A stretch of DNA of 32,000 bases, taken from an uncultured Acidobacteriota bacterium. GTDB lineage: Bacteria; Acidobacteriota; Terriglobia; Acidiferrales; UBA7541. The stretch covers positions 3,805,105-3,837,104 of the forward strand of contig OY969555.1 in the NCBI GenBank assembly GCA_963701005.1, read 5' to 3'. Both the position numbers and the translations under genes were made by a program. Below, one piece after another: positions 16,385 through 23,797 of this stretch. The stretch's first letter is position 1; the number at the start of each line of letters is the position of its first letter. The notes beneath the pieces are model-generated. The model saw only the letters and a list, made by a program, of their open reading frames with translations. It did no database searches and was not told the DNA's origin.

Positions 16385-16774
16385 ATGGCGTCACACTTCG
16401 GAATGAAGTTTTCGCGTGAACGGTTGCCACTGAGGTCGGGCGGGGTCTTCGATTTCGACGCAGTGAGTGAAGACCATTCGGTTGTTGCTACCATTTCCAC
16501 CAGCGGAGCCAAAACATCCAGCGGCAAGCATGCGGTTGGGAAGATACTCAAGCTACGTTCTGACATGCTCTTCCTGACGATGGTACAGGCAACACGTCGG
16601 CTGATCATCCTTACCGAGCGTGATATGTGTGATGAGTGCGAAAAAGAGGCAGCCGGTGGCCGAGTTCCGCCAGAAATCGAATTCGCATGCGCGATAATTC
16701 CTGACGAGCTGAGGGTTCGTTTAGTGGCAGCTCGGCTCAAGGCGTCCGGGGAATCGCTCGGCGAGCGACCATGA
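16385..16774 (+). CDS. hypothetical protein, possibly nuclease-fold
   Basis: 129 aa (FDFDAVSEDHSVVATISTSGAKTSSGKHAVGKILKLRSDMLFL...). Its stop overlaps the DUF72 start in an ATGA at 16771-16774. The fold assignment is a guess. Confidence 0.45.
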   Translation: MASHFGMKFSRERLPLRSGGVFDFDAVSEDHSVVATISTSGAKTSSGKHAVGKILKLRSDMLFLTMVQATRRLIILTERDMCDECEKEAAGGRVPPEIEFACAIIPDELRVRLVAARLKASGESLGERP

Positions 16775-17616
16775 CCGGAATCCATCTCGGAACTTCCGCT
16801 TTCACCGCAGCCGGTTGGGAAGGGTCTTTCTATCCAGAAGGCATGAAGCCCGCCGACTATCTCACCTACTACGCCACGAAATTCGACACCGTCGAGGTGG
16901 ACAGCACGTTCTACCGAACGCCCAGCGTGAGTACGGTTCGCGGCTGGTATGACAAGACCCCAAAGGACTTCATCTTTGCAGCGAAAGTCCCACAGATCAT
17001 CACACACGAAAAAGTTCTCAAGGACTGCGAAACTGAATTCAAGACTTTCCTGACCACGATGGATAATTTGGGTGCGAAGCTCGGCCCCCTGCTGCTCCAA
17101 TTCGGGTATTTCAACAAAAAAGCATTCATCGGTGTGAATGATTTTCTCCCTCGGCTTGTCCCTTTCATCCAAAAGCTGCCGAAGGGCCAGAGATTCGCAG
17201 TCGAGATCCGAAACAAGAATTGGCTCGTGCCACAATTCGTTGAGGCGTTGCGTGACCGCAATGTGGCTCTGGCACTCATAGATCAATCGTGGATGCCTCG
17301 GCCAAATCAAATCTTCGACAAGCTGGACCCGATCACCAGTGACTTCACGTATGTCCGCTGGCTCGGGGATCGGAAGGGAATCGAGGCGCGGACGAAAACT
17401 TGGAACGAAATAATCATTGACCGAAGCAGCGAGCTTTCAGAGTAGGTCGAGATTCTGAGGAAAGTCCACAAAAGGAAGATTCAAATTTTCGCATACGCCA
17501 ACAATCACTTTGCGGAACATGCGCCTGCCACGGTGGAACTATTCCAGCGGATGCTTGGACCGCTTGAGCGAGTGAAATCTCGCCGGATGGAAAAACAAAA
17601 GACACTATTCGGATAG
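16771..17616 (+). pseudogene. DUF72 (YecE-like) family gene interrupted by one in-frame TAG
   Basis: The N-terminus IHLGTSAFTAAGWEGSFYPEGMKPADYLTYYATKFDTVEVDSTFY is typical DUF72. The ORF stops at TAG 17443-17445 (..SSELSE*). The same frame then continues VEILRKVHKRKIQIFAYANNHFAEHAPATVELFQRML to TAG 17614-17616. That is the usual DUF72 C-terminus (vyvyfNN...G.A..nA). The interrupting TAG sits where I recall the family having Trp (TGG). Confidence 0.7.
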
Positions 17617-17619
17617 TTT

Positions 17620-17641
17620 CGGGGGGCTGCCCTGCCCCCCG
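17620..17641 (+). terminator. GC-rich hairpin after the extended DUF72 frame (no U-tract)
   Basis: CGGGGGGC-tgccct-GCCCCCCG, a perfect 8-bp stem that starts 4 nt after the second stop. No T-run follows on either strand. Confidence 0.3.
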
Positions 17642-17803
17642 TAATAGGTAGGTCCAGAGGGTTAGTATCCGCCGAGTAACTCATCGGGGACTCGTACCAT
17701 TGCCTCTTCTCAATTCCTGAGAGAACTTTGAAGCAGACAACATCTTGGGCGTCGGGATGGGTGCCGATTCCAAGTTCCGCCTGCAACTAAGGATGAAACG
17801 GAA

Positions 17804-18391
17804 ATGAAACGAGGATTCAAGATGGCAGCGGTTACGGCACTGTATATTGCGCTGGCATCCGGCGCGTTCGCGCAGACGCCGGAGATTACGGAAAAAACCG
17901 ACCCGGCCCTTGGAGTGACGCTCTTTGCTCCGAAGAAGGTCAAGTCAGTGAGCGTGAATCAGGGACTCTTGAAGATGGATGGCATTAGCTGGCGCGTCTA
18001 TCCGATTATCTACCAGACGATGGACAAGGCGCATAAACAGGCGGCTATGCAAATTGACATCCTCGGCCCTCTCAATGGTGGATTCACGTATGCGTCCCTC
18101 GCCGTGAACATTGATGGTCAGGTAGTCTCGGGTCCGGTTACTTGGACCGCAGCCGATACGATTTTTGGAGATAACGCCGTCTCCACAAAGGTAGCGCTGC
18201 ACGACGAGACAGGATCGTTTCGCAGACTCGCAGCCGCCAAAGATGTTTATCTGACCGTGCTCTTACAGGGACGGACAGACCGTTACACAGTTCACCTCAC
18301 CGGCGAGCATCTGGCAGTGTTTAGGACAATGCTCAGCAAGTATGACTTACTAGAGCCACATGAGGACGCACCCACTAAGGAAACGCAATGA
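17804..18391 (+). CDS. exported hypothetical protein
   Basis: Signal peptide MKRGFKMAAVTALYIALASGAFAQ. Its stop overlaps the next start in an ATGA at 18388-18391. Confidence 0.55.
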   Translation: MKRGFKMAAVTALYIALASGAFAQTPEITEKTDPALGVTLFAPKKVKSVSVNQGLLKMDGISWRVYPIIYQTMDKAHKQAAMQIDILGPLNGGFTYASLAVNIDGQVVSGPVTWTAADTIFGDNAVSTKVALHDETGSFRRLAAAKDVYLTVLLQGRTDRYTVHLTGEHLAVFRTMLSKYDLLEPHEDAPTKETQ

Positions 18392-19359
18392 AGAAGGCCC
18401 TGAAAGCAAAGAAGTACCCGTGCCCCGTCTGTGGAACACTTCTGAGTAGAAGTGCGTTCGAGAAGGCACTCAAGATTCACAAGGCAAAGGAGAAGCACGT
18501 TCAAGACTTAGAAATGGCGCTGAAGAAAAGGGCACAGGGCATGGACGAGGAAGTCGAGAACGCAATAGAACGTGGTCGCAGAGGAGAAAAGCGGCGTGGT
18601 GAACGTCTTATGGCGGGACAAAAGAGGCAAATCCGCACACTCTTGGATCGGGTCGCTCAACTGGAAAAGGGCACCACGCCGCAAACGGACGGCCTTGAAT
18701 TTGAAGACAAGCTGCTGGCCCGGTTGAAAAGGGAATTTAGCGGCCTTGGCGATCTGATTGAGCCGAAGGGGAAGCTTGTCGGTGACATCGTTCACACGGT
18801 TCGATATGAGGGCAAGGAGGACGCCGGAAAGATCACTTACGAGTGCAAAAGGACGCGAGGAATAAGCGGAAAGCACGTTCAGCAGGCGTATCAGGCCAAG
18901 CAGGCGTGTCACGCCGACTTCGCAATCTTAGTCACCACTGGCAAGAAGAAACGATTCACGGGACTCATGGAATGGGATGGCGTGTTGGTCGTTGCGCCGC
19001 TGGGGGTCATACCGCTGGCCGCATTGTTGCGAGCCAACCTGATTGAAATGCTGCGGGCGAAAATCACCACGGAACAGCGGGCGAAGATAGCGCAGCGCGT
19101 TTTGAAATACATCACCAGCCCGCAGTTGAAGAACCCCATCGAAGAAGTGATCCAATTGAGTACGCAACTTCAGAACATGGTCAAAGACGAGTACGATGAC
19201 CATGTTGACACATGGAAAAAGCGGTTGCGACACTACAGCAGGATTCAGTGGGATACGACGCAGATTCAGGTGAATTTCCAGCGCATCCTCCACGGTAAAG
19301 AGCCGAAGCATGTCTTGCCTCCCAAACCCCAGCTTCTGCTGCCGGGGGTGGCGACCTAG
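18388..19359 (+). CDS. DUF2130-like protein: N-terminal CxxC, coiled coil, restriction-endonuclease-like core
   Basis: YPCPVCG at the N-terminus is followed by a charged coiled-coil region. Then GLEFEDKLLARLKREFSGLGDLIEPKGKLVGDIVHTVRYEGKEDAGKITYECKRTRGISGKHVQQAYQAKQACHADFAILVTTG matches my memory of the DUF2130 core (E.E..l...FP.D.I..V.kG..GaD......G.I.wEsKrT..w...W..K...D.....A..aviV). Confidence 0.55.
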   Translation: MKKALKAKKYPCPVCGTLLSRSAFEKALKIHKAKEKHVQDLEMALKKRAQGMDEEVENAIERGRRGEKRRGERLMAGQKRQIRTLLDRVAQLEKGTTPQTDGLEFEDKLLARLKREFSGLGDLIEPKGKLVGDIVHTVRYEGKEDAGKITYECKRTRGISGKHVQQAYQAKQACHADFAILVTTGKKKRFTGLMEWDGVLVVAPLGVIPLAALLRANLIEMLRAKITTEQRAKIAQRVLKYITSPQLKNPIEEVIQLSTQLQNMVKDEYDDHVDTWKKRLRHYSRIQWDTTQIQVNFQRILHGKEPKHVLPPKPQLLLPGVAT

Positions 19360-19428
19360 CGCGTTCCGCGAATTTGCGATGAAAAAGAATCCATCCAATG
19401 ACTACATCAACAATCGAGAGGAGGACCC

Positions 19429-19716
19429 ATGGGCGCTACGAAACGGTTGATTGAGAAATATGAAGAACAAGAACGGGCCGCGATTCAAATCGCAATTCAG
19501 GCAGGCGCGCTGAAACATTGCGACCTACACAGTGGCTACATTTCCCGGGGAGACGCTGAGATAGAGGACGCTTATAAATTGGGGAACTACAAATTTACGA
19601 AGGGCGAACTCAAAGATTCTTTTGATGACCGAAGAGAAATGACCGACGCAATCAAGAAGGTCGTCCAGAACTGTGCGTTTGAATGCAATCTGTGCGCAAA
19701 AATGCGCGAGGAATAG
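19429..19716 (+). CDS. small CxxH...CxxC protein (paralog A)
   Basis: 95 aa with a GAGAGGAGGA SD upstream. Motifs: IAIQAGALKHCDLH ... IEDAYKLGNYKFTKGELKD ... ECNLC. It is clearly homologous to the next ORF. Confidence 0.6.
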   Translation: MGATKRLIEKYEEQERAAIQIAIQAGALKHCDLHSGYISRGDAEIEDAYKLGNYKFTKGELKDSFDDRREMTDAIKKVVQNCAFECNLCAKMREE

Positions 19717-19782
19717 AATCCAACGGAGAGACCGATTCCCGCCAAACCTACCAGCACCAGACCTCCGGCAAGGAGACATGCG

Positions 19783-20064
19783 ATGTCAGACATTTTGGGG
19801 CACATTGAAGCACAGCGAAACGCCGCAACAGGAATCGCCATTGAGTCAGGCGTTCTACAGGTCTGTCCGATTCACGATGATGGCGTCTTCACATGACCCA
19901 ACGACATCGAGGACGCCTATAAATTGGGGAGCGCGCGATTCAAACAAGGAGAGTACAAGGACTTGTTTTCCGCTCAGCGAGAACTCACCGATTGCATACA
20001 GGAAGTGGTGGCAATGTTGGAAACCGATACGTGCGGTTCTTGCGATTCTCCCGGTAACAGGTGA
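19783..20064 (+). pseudogene. paralog B of the small CxxH...CxxC protein, with an in-frame TGA
   Basis: An AAGGAGA SD lies 6 nt upstream of the ATG at 19783. The frame reads MSDILGHIEAQRNAATGIAIESGVLQVCPIHDDGVFT, then TGA (19894-19896), then PNDIEDAYKLGSARFKQGEYKDLFSAQRELTDCIQEVVAMLETDTCGSCDSPGNR, ending at TGA 20062-20064. It aligns to paralog A without gaps on both sides of the stop. The stop aligns with a GGA Gly codon in A. Confidence 0.6.
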
Positions 20065-20138
20065 GCCGCCATGATCCTCACTGGAATCGCGCAGGTCCGA
20101 ACCACACAATAGGCCCATGCAAGCAAGAGGAAAAAGGC

Positions 20139-20798
20139 ATGAAAATCCTAATCCCATCTCTGGCCGTTCTGGGAGGACTGATACTCTTAACTGTTAATTT
20201 GATCTATGCAATTCGCGGCCGTCGGAAAGCCGATAGACCTGTTGCACCTACTGCACCCGAAACCGACAACAAATCAGAAGTCGGTTCGGATGATGATGAC
20301 AACGAATTTGAGGTCGAATCGCAAAGTTCCAAATTCAGCGACTTTAGTGCGTCCGTGACGCTGGACTCGGACATCGAGTGCCAGCCCTGCTTGAATCACT
20401 TTCGATATCACTCCCGAGATTACTCCCTGTCCGGCATTGCCGAGGACGAATGCGAGTATGAATACCGCATCGACGGCACGAAGGTTTTTGTGCGCCTCCT
20501 CCAGCAGTTCTGCGAAAATCCCGTGCCTGTAAAGGACAAAAGCAAGAAGTGGGACGTGCGTGACGGAGTAGTGCTGGAAGACGATATGCGAGCGCGAGAC
20601 GCGGCAGAGCAGGCGGAAAACCGGGTAGGCGTTGTCAAAGAGGTTTTCGACGCGCTCAACAAGATTAACAATATTGATGAACACATCGCCAACCTAAAGA
20701 AGAAAACAGAGTGGTCTGAGCTATTGCCCTCTCATTGGAATGGCTTGAAGCATTTCATTTTGTCAAAGAAACTGCCGAGTGAACGTGCTATTAAATAG
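20139..20798 (+). CDS. membrane-anchored hypothetical protein with acidic linker
   Basis: Start placed at the internal ATG at 20139, after an AGAGGA SD. TM segment ILIPSLAVLGGLILLTVNLIYAI, then SDDDDNEFEVES, then a Cys/His-containing globular part. Confidence 0.55.
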   Translation: MKILIPSLAVLGGLILLTVNLIYAIRGRRKADRPVAPTAPETDNKSEVGSDDDDNEFEVESQSSKFSDFSASVTLDSDIECQPCLNHFRYHSRDYSLSGIAEDECEYEYRIDGTKVFVRLLQQFCENPVPVKDKSKKWDVRDGVVLEDDMRARDAAEQAENRVGVVKEVFDALNKINNIDEHIANLKKKTEWSELLPSHWNGLKHFILSKKLPSERAIK

Positions 20799-20851
20799 CA
20801 GCCGCCCTGCCGTAGTAGCATTCGTCCAAGAATGGGAGGCGGGATTTGGAA

Positions 20852-21124
20852 ATGTCCAGCGCATGAGAACGGGACCGTGAATTCCAAATCCTGCTTACGG
20901 AGTACGAATTCGCTCGCGAGAACCGCGATCTCAACGAGGCGCGGAATCACTACAATGCTGTATTAAACAGATGCTTCGTCGAGACCCGCCGCGTATCATT
21001 CGCGTTTGGCGGCCGTGGTCAGACCAAGGTACTGACGGACGCCTTTGAAGGCAAAGATTATGGTACGTACATATTCGTCAGCACGCCCAACAAAGCCGAC
21101 TACCTAGGCTCACCGAACACCTGA
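20852..21124 (+). other. possible gene remnant: an 86-codon open frame with no start codon, preceded by ATG-4 codons-TGA in the same frame
   Basis: The frame reads MSSA, then TGA (20864-20866), then ERDREFQILLTEYEFARENRDLNEARNHYNAVLNRCFVETRRVSFAFGGRGQTKVLTDAFEGKDYGTYIFVSTPNKADYLGSPNT, ending at TGA 21122-21124. It is the only protein-like frame in a 660-bp gap. It could be a chance open frame. Confidence 0.2.
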
Positions 21125-21459
21125 ACGCTTCCCGAAAATCCATTCACGAACTCTCTCAGGCAGAATCAGCAAAGCGAGATTGACCGCGAGCAAGAATACT
21201 GCGATAAAATCGAACAGAGGTCGTGCGGGGCTCTCTACAGGAAACGTGTTCGGATCGGGCGGGGGAAAAGGAATTTGAATCTGCATTGTGTTCGCTCCGT
21301 TTCCAAAATCGAAATTGAAACGGAACGCGGTCGCCTTGCAGCGATTGCACCTTACTTGCCCAAAAAGCCGTTAACTTATTGAAGGGATACCATTGCAATT
21401 GTCTTCCTGTGTTCTGAAAACTGGTGAAGTGCAACTGTTTCCCAACGGAGGGTTTTGCG

Positions 21460-21909
21460 ATGAAGATATTTCTTTCGATTCTGTTGTTGGGCATCCTGTC
21501 TTTTCCATTGTCCGCTGCTAACAAAAACGAGGATTTCCCTCTGCAAGTTCATATTGTGAAAGTGGACATGGCACAGGGGCAGACGGGCGTTTCAGGTTCA
21601 GGAAGAACGGATATCAATGGAAACTACACCAGCGAAGTCTCTGGCGGAGATTCATACCTGTACCACGTTCACACCATCCACGTCGATGGCTCCAACGTTG
21701 AGTACAAGATGACAACGCCTGGCAGTCAATTCAAACACCGCTATTGGCTGCAGATCGGCGAGTACAAGGGCTGCTGGAACAAAGATGGGTCCCTAGAAAT
21801 TCAGTTCCACGACAAGAAGGGCAAGCTCACACACCAGCCATTTTTCATACGAGCAGAAGCACCGTTGCCATCAGAACAGACCTCGGCGGGCAAACAGCCC
21901 AATCAGTAA
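21460..21909 (+). CDS. exported hypothetical protein
   Basis: Start placed at the internal ATG at 21460, after a GGAGGG SD. Signal peptide MKIFLSILLLGILSFPLSA. The composition looks beta-rich. Confidence 0.55.
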   Translation: MKIFLSILLLGILSFPLSAANKNEDFPLQVHIVKVDMAQGQTGVSGSGRTDINGNYTSEVSGGDSYLYHVHTIHVDGSNVEYKMTTPGSQFKHRYWLQIGEYKGCWNKDGSLEIQFHDKKGKLTHQPFFIRAEAPLPSEQTSAGKQPNQ

Positions 21910-21943
21910 AGCATTGTGGGTACAGTGAGGAGCCGACAACAAA

Positions 21944-22237
21944 ATGCCACGCCCTGAAGGTGAGACGATGAACGAGTCAAATGATCTGTTAATTCCGGGG
22001 ACCGACAATTTGAAAGAACCCGGTCGTGCGATGCGGAGGCCAGAAGTCTACAAAGTGTTCGATTCAGCCTACAACGAATTGAACCAACGAAGAGGTATCA
22101 TCGAAAACGGTGGCGACAGCGAGCAAGCACGAGAGGCGAAGGAAGAAATTCTTTACTTCGCACATCTGTTCAAGACAAACAAAATGCTGGACTATATCGC
22201 CAAGATTTTCCCCTCAGAGAATCCGCCCGATTCGTGA
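21944..22237 (+). CDS. hypothetical protein
   Basis: 97 aa, with an alternative start at 21968 (MNESND). It is the last gene before the compositional shift. No domain recognised. Confidence 0.4.
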   Translation: MPRPEGETMNESNDLLIPGTDNLKEPGRAMRRPEVYKVFDSAYNELNQRRGIIENGGDSEQAREAKEEILYFAHLFKTNKMLDYIAKIFPSENPPDS

Positions 22238-22482
22238 GCGGCTTTTGTGACCATTCTGCGACCAATTTCTTCAAAAACCAGCCAACCCACTCCAACGTCC
22301 ACCAACGAGAATCCAAATCAATTCAGCGACTTAGATTGATGGCAAAAGACTTGCAAGGATGGCAGTTTTTGCCCCTCAAGCTGGTGCGTCTGCCAGTTCC
22401 GCCACGACCGCGTAGAACCAATCCTAAACGCCGAGGAATTCTTTTGTCAAACTGTTCAAAATGCGCTGCTGCTCGAACGCCG

Positions 22483-22980
22483 CTATTTCTTCGGGGGCGC
22501 GCTGGGTGCAGGTTGCTGATTCTGCGCAGGAGGCGCTGCGGGCGCCTGTCCCGGCGCCGGCGCTGGGGCTTGGCCAGGCACTACTGGAAGCTGGGTGGGG
22601 GCGCCAGGAGCGGTTTTCGCCGGCGCGGGAGCCTGCTTTTGCGTTTGCTCGAGGATCGAGCCGGTCGAGGTCGTCGTTTCCGATGGGCCGCGCTTCACGG
22701 AGAGTGTGAGCGACGTCATCATGAAGACGATGGCGCACCAGGTGGTGGCGCGAGAGAGAAACGTGGCGGCGCCGCGCGGGCCGAAGGCCGTCTGGCTTCC
22801 CGCCCCGCCGAATGCGCCGGCGAGGTCCGCGGCATTGCCGCTTTGGAGCATGATGACAATAATCAGCACGAAGCAAACCATGATGTGCAGCGTGACGAGC
22901 ACGTACGGCACGCGCCAGCCGATCCAGACGAGCGCGACGGCGATCAGTAACGACAAACCCCATTTAGCCCACGATGGCAT
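22483..22980 (-). CDS. preprotein translocase subunit SecG with long Pro/Ala-rich C-terminal tail
   Basis: IMLQSGNAADLAGAFGGAGSQTAFGPRGAATFLSRATTWCAIVFMMTSLTLSV is the SecG signature region. It lies directly downstream of tpiA, a conserved arrangement. The ATG at 22980 has a GGGAG SD. An alternative GTG at 22911 would give a canonical-length N-terminus. Confidence 0.85.
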   Translation of the reverse strand: MPSWAKWGLSLLIAVALVWIGWRVPYVLVTLHIMVCFVLIIVIMLQSGNAADLAGAFGGAGSQTAFGPRGAATFLSRATTWCAIVFMMTSLTLSVKRGPSETTTSTGSILEQTQKQAPAPAKTAPGAPTQLPVVPGQAPAPAPGQAPAAPPAQNQQPAPSAPPKK

Positions 22981-23025
22981 TTCCTGCTCCCTGTTTGCGC
23001 TGCGGGCGATTCTGGCCGGCTGCGC

Positions 23026-23775
23026 CTAAAAATTCACGATTGCTGCGAACGACTGCGGGTCCAGGCTCGCTCCGCCCACAAGCGCGCCGTCAATTTCCAC
23101 CTGCGCCATCAATCCCCGTATGTTGTCGGGTTTGACGCTGCCGCCATAGAGGATGCGAAGAGCGGAGGCGCGATCGAGTGTGAACTGCGATGCGGCCAGC
23201 TCGCGAAGGAAGCGGTGAGCTTCCGCCGCAATCTCCGGAGTAGCCGTGCGCCCGGTGCCGATGGCCCACAACGGCTCGTACGCTAAAAGAATACGCGAGA
23301 AGTCCGCACCGGTCAACGCAGCGACGCCGCCTTCGAATTGGCGCTTCAGGACGGCCGCCATGACGCCGCCTTCCCGCTCGGCGAGCGATTCGCCGACGCA
23401 GACGATTGGCGTGAGGCCGGCTTCGAGCGCGGCTTTCGTCTTGCGATGGACGCCCTCGTCCGTCTCGCCGAAATATTGGCGGCGCTCGGAATGGCCGATG
23501 AGGACCGTGCGGCAGCCGGTCTCGACGAGCATGCGCATGGAAACTTCTCCGGTGAATGCGCCTTCGCGCTCCCAATGGGCATTTTGCGCGGCGACGGAGA
23601 TGGCGGAGCCGCGCGCAGCTTCGACGGCTGTCGCGAGTGCGGTGAATGGCGGCGCGACGATGATATCGCAATGCGTGGAAGCGGCAACGAGCGGCTTGAA
23701 TGCCTCGAAGAAGGCGCGCGTCTCCTCGCGCGTCTTGAACATTTTCCAGTTGCCAGCAATTACGGGGCGACGCAA
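23026..23775 (-). CDS. tpiA: triosephosphate isomerase
   Basis: Motifs IAGNWKM, IGHSERR, YEPLWAIGTG and ILYGGSV. The gene ends with TAG. Confidence 0.95.
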   Translation of the reverse strand: MRRPVIAGNWKMFKTREETRAFFEAFKPLVAASTHCDIIVAPPFTALATAVEAARGSAISVAAQNAHWEREGAFTGEVSMRMLVETGCRTVLIGHSERRQYFGETDEGVHRKTKAALEAGLTPIVCVGESLAEREGGVMAAVLKRQFEGGVAALTGADFSRILLAYEPLWAIGTGRTATPEIAAEAHRFLRELAASQFTLDRASALRILYGGSVKPDNIRGLMAQVEIDGALVGGASLDPQSFAAIVNF

Positions 23776-23797
23776 AGAGCGCTCCTTTTTCTTGCGG

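Noticed and set aside
16381-17310. A 309-aa minus-strand ORF.
   Set aside because: It is antisense to the DUF72 gene, whose family signature is clear on the plus strand.
18508-19398. Minus-strand ORFs of 134 and 156 aa.
   Set aside because: They are antisense to the DUF2130-like gene.
19894-19896. Selenocysteine codon in paralog B.
   Set aside because: The hairpin encloses the UGA rather than following it as a bacterial SECIS does. The paralog has Gly rather than Cys at this position, and no sel genes are visible here. The site is kept only as something to test.
21156-21524. A 122-aa minus-strand ORF.
   Set aside because: It overlaps the SD and signal-peptide region of the 21460 gene and has no recognisable features.
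22234-22963. Long ORFs overlapping secG: the 238-aa Arg-rich plus-strand ORF, the 179-aa minus-strand ORF, and others.
   Set aside because: They are low-complexity Arg/Ala/Pro translations in alternative frames of a high-GC gene. The frame with the SecG signature explains the region.
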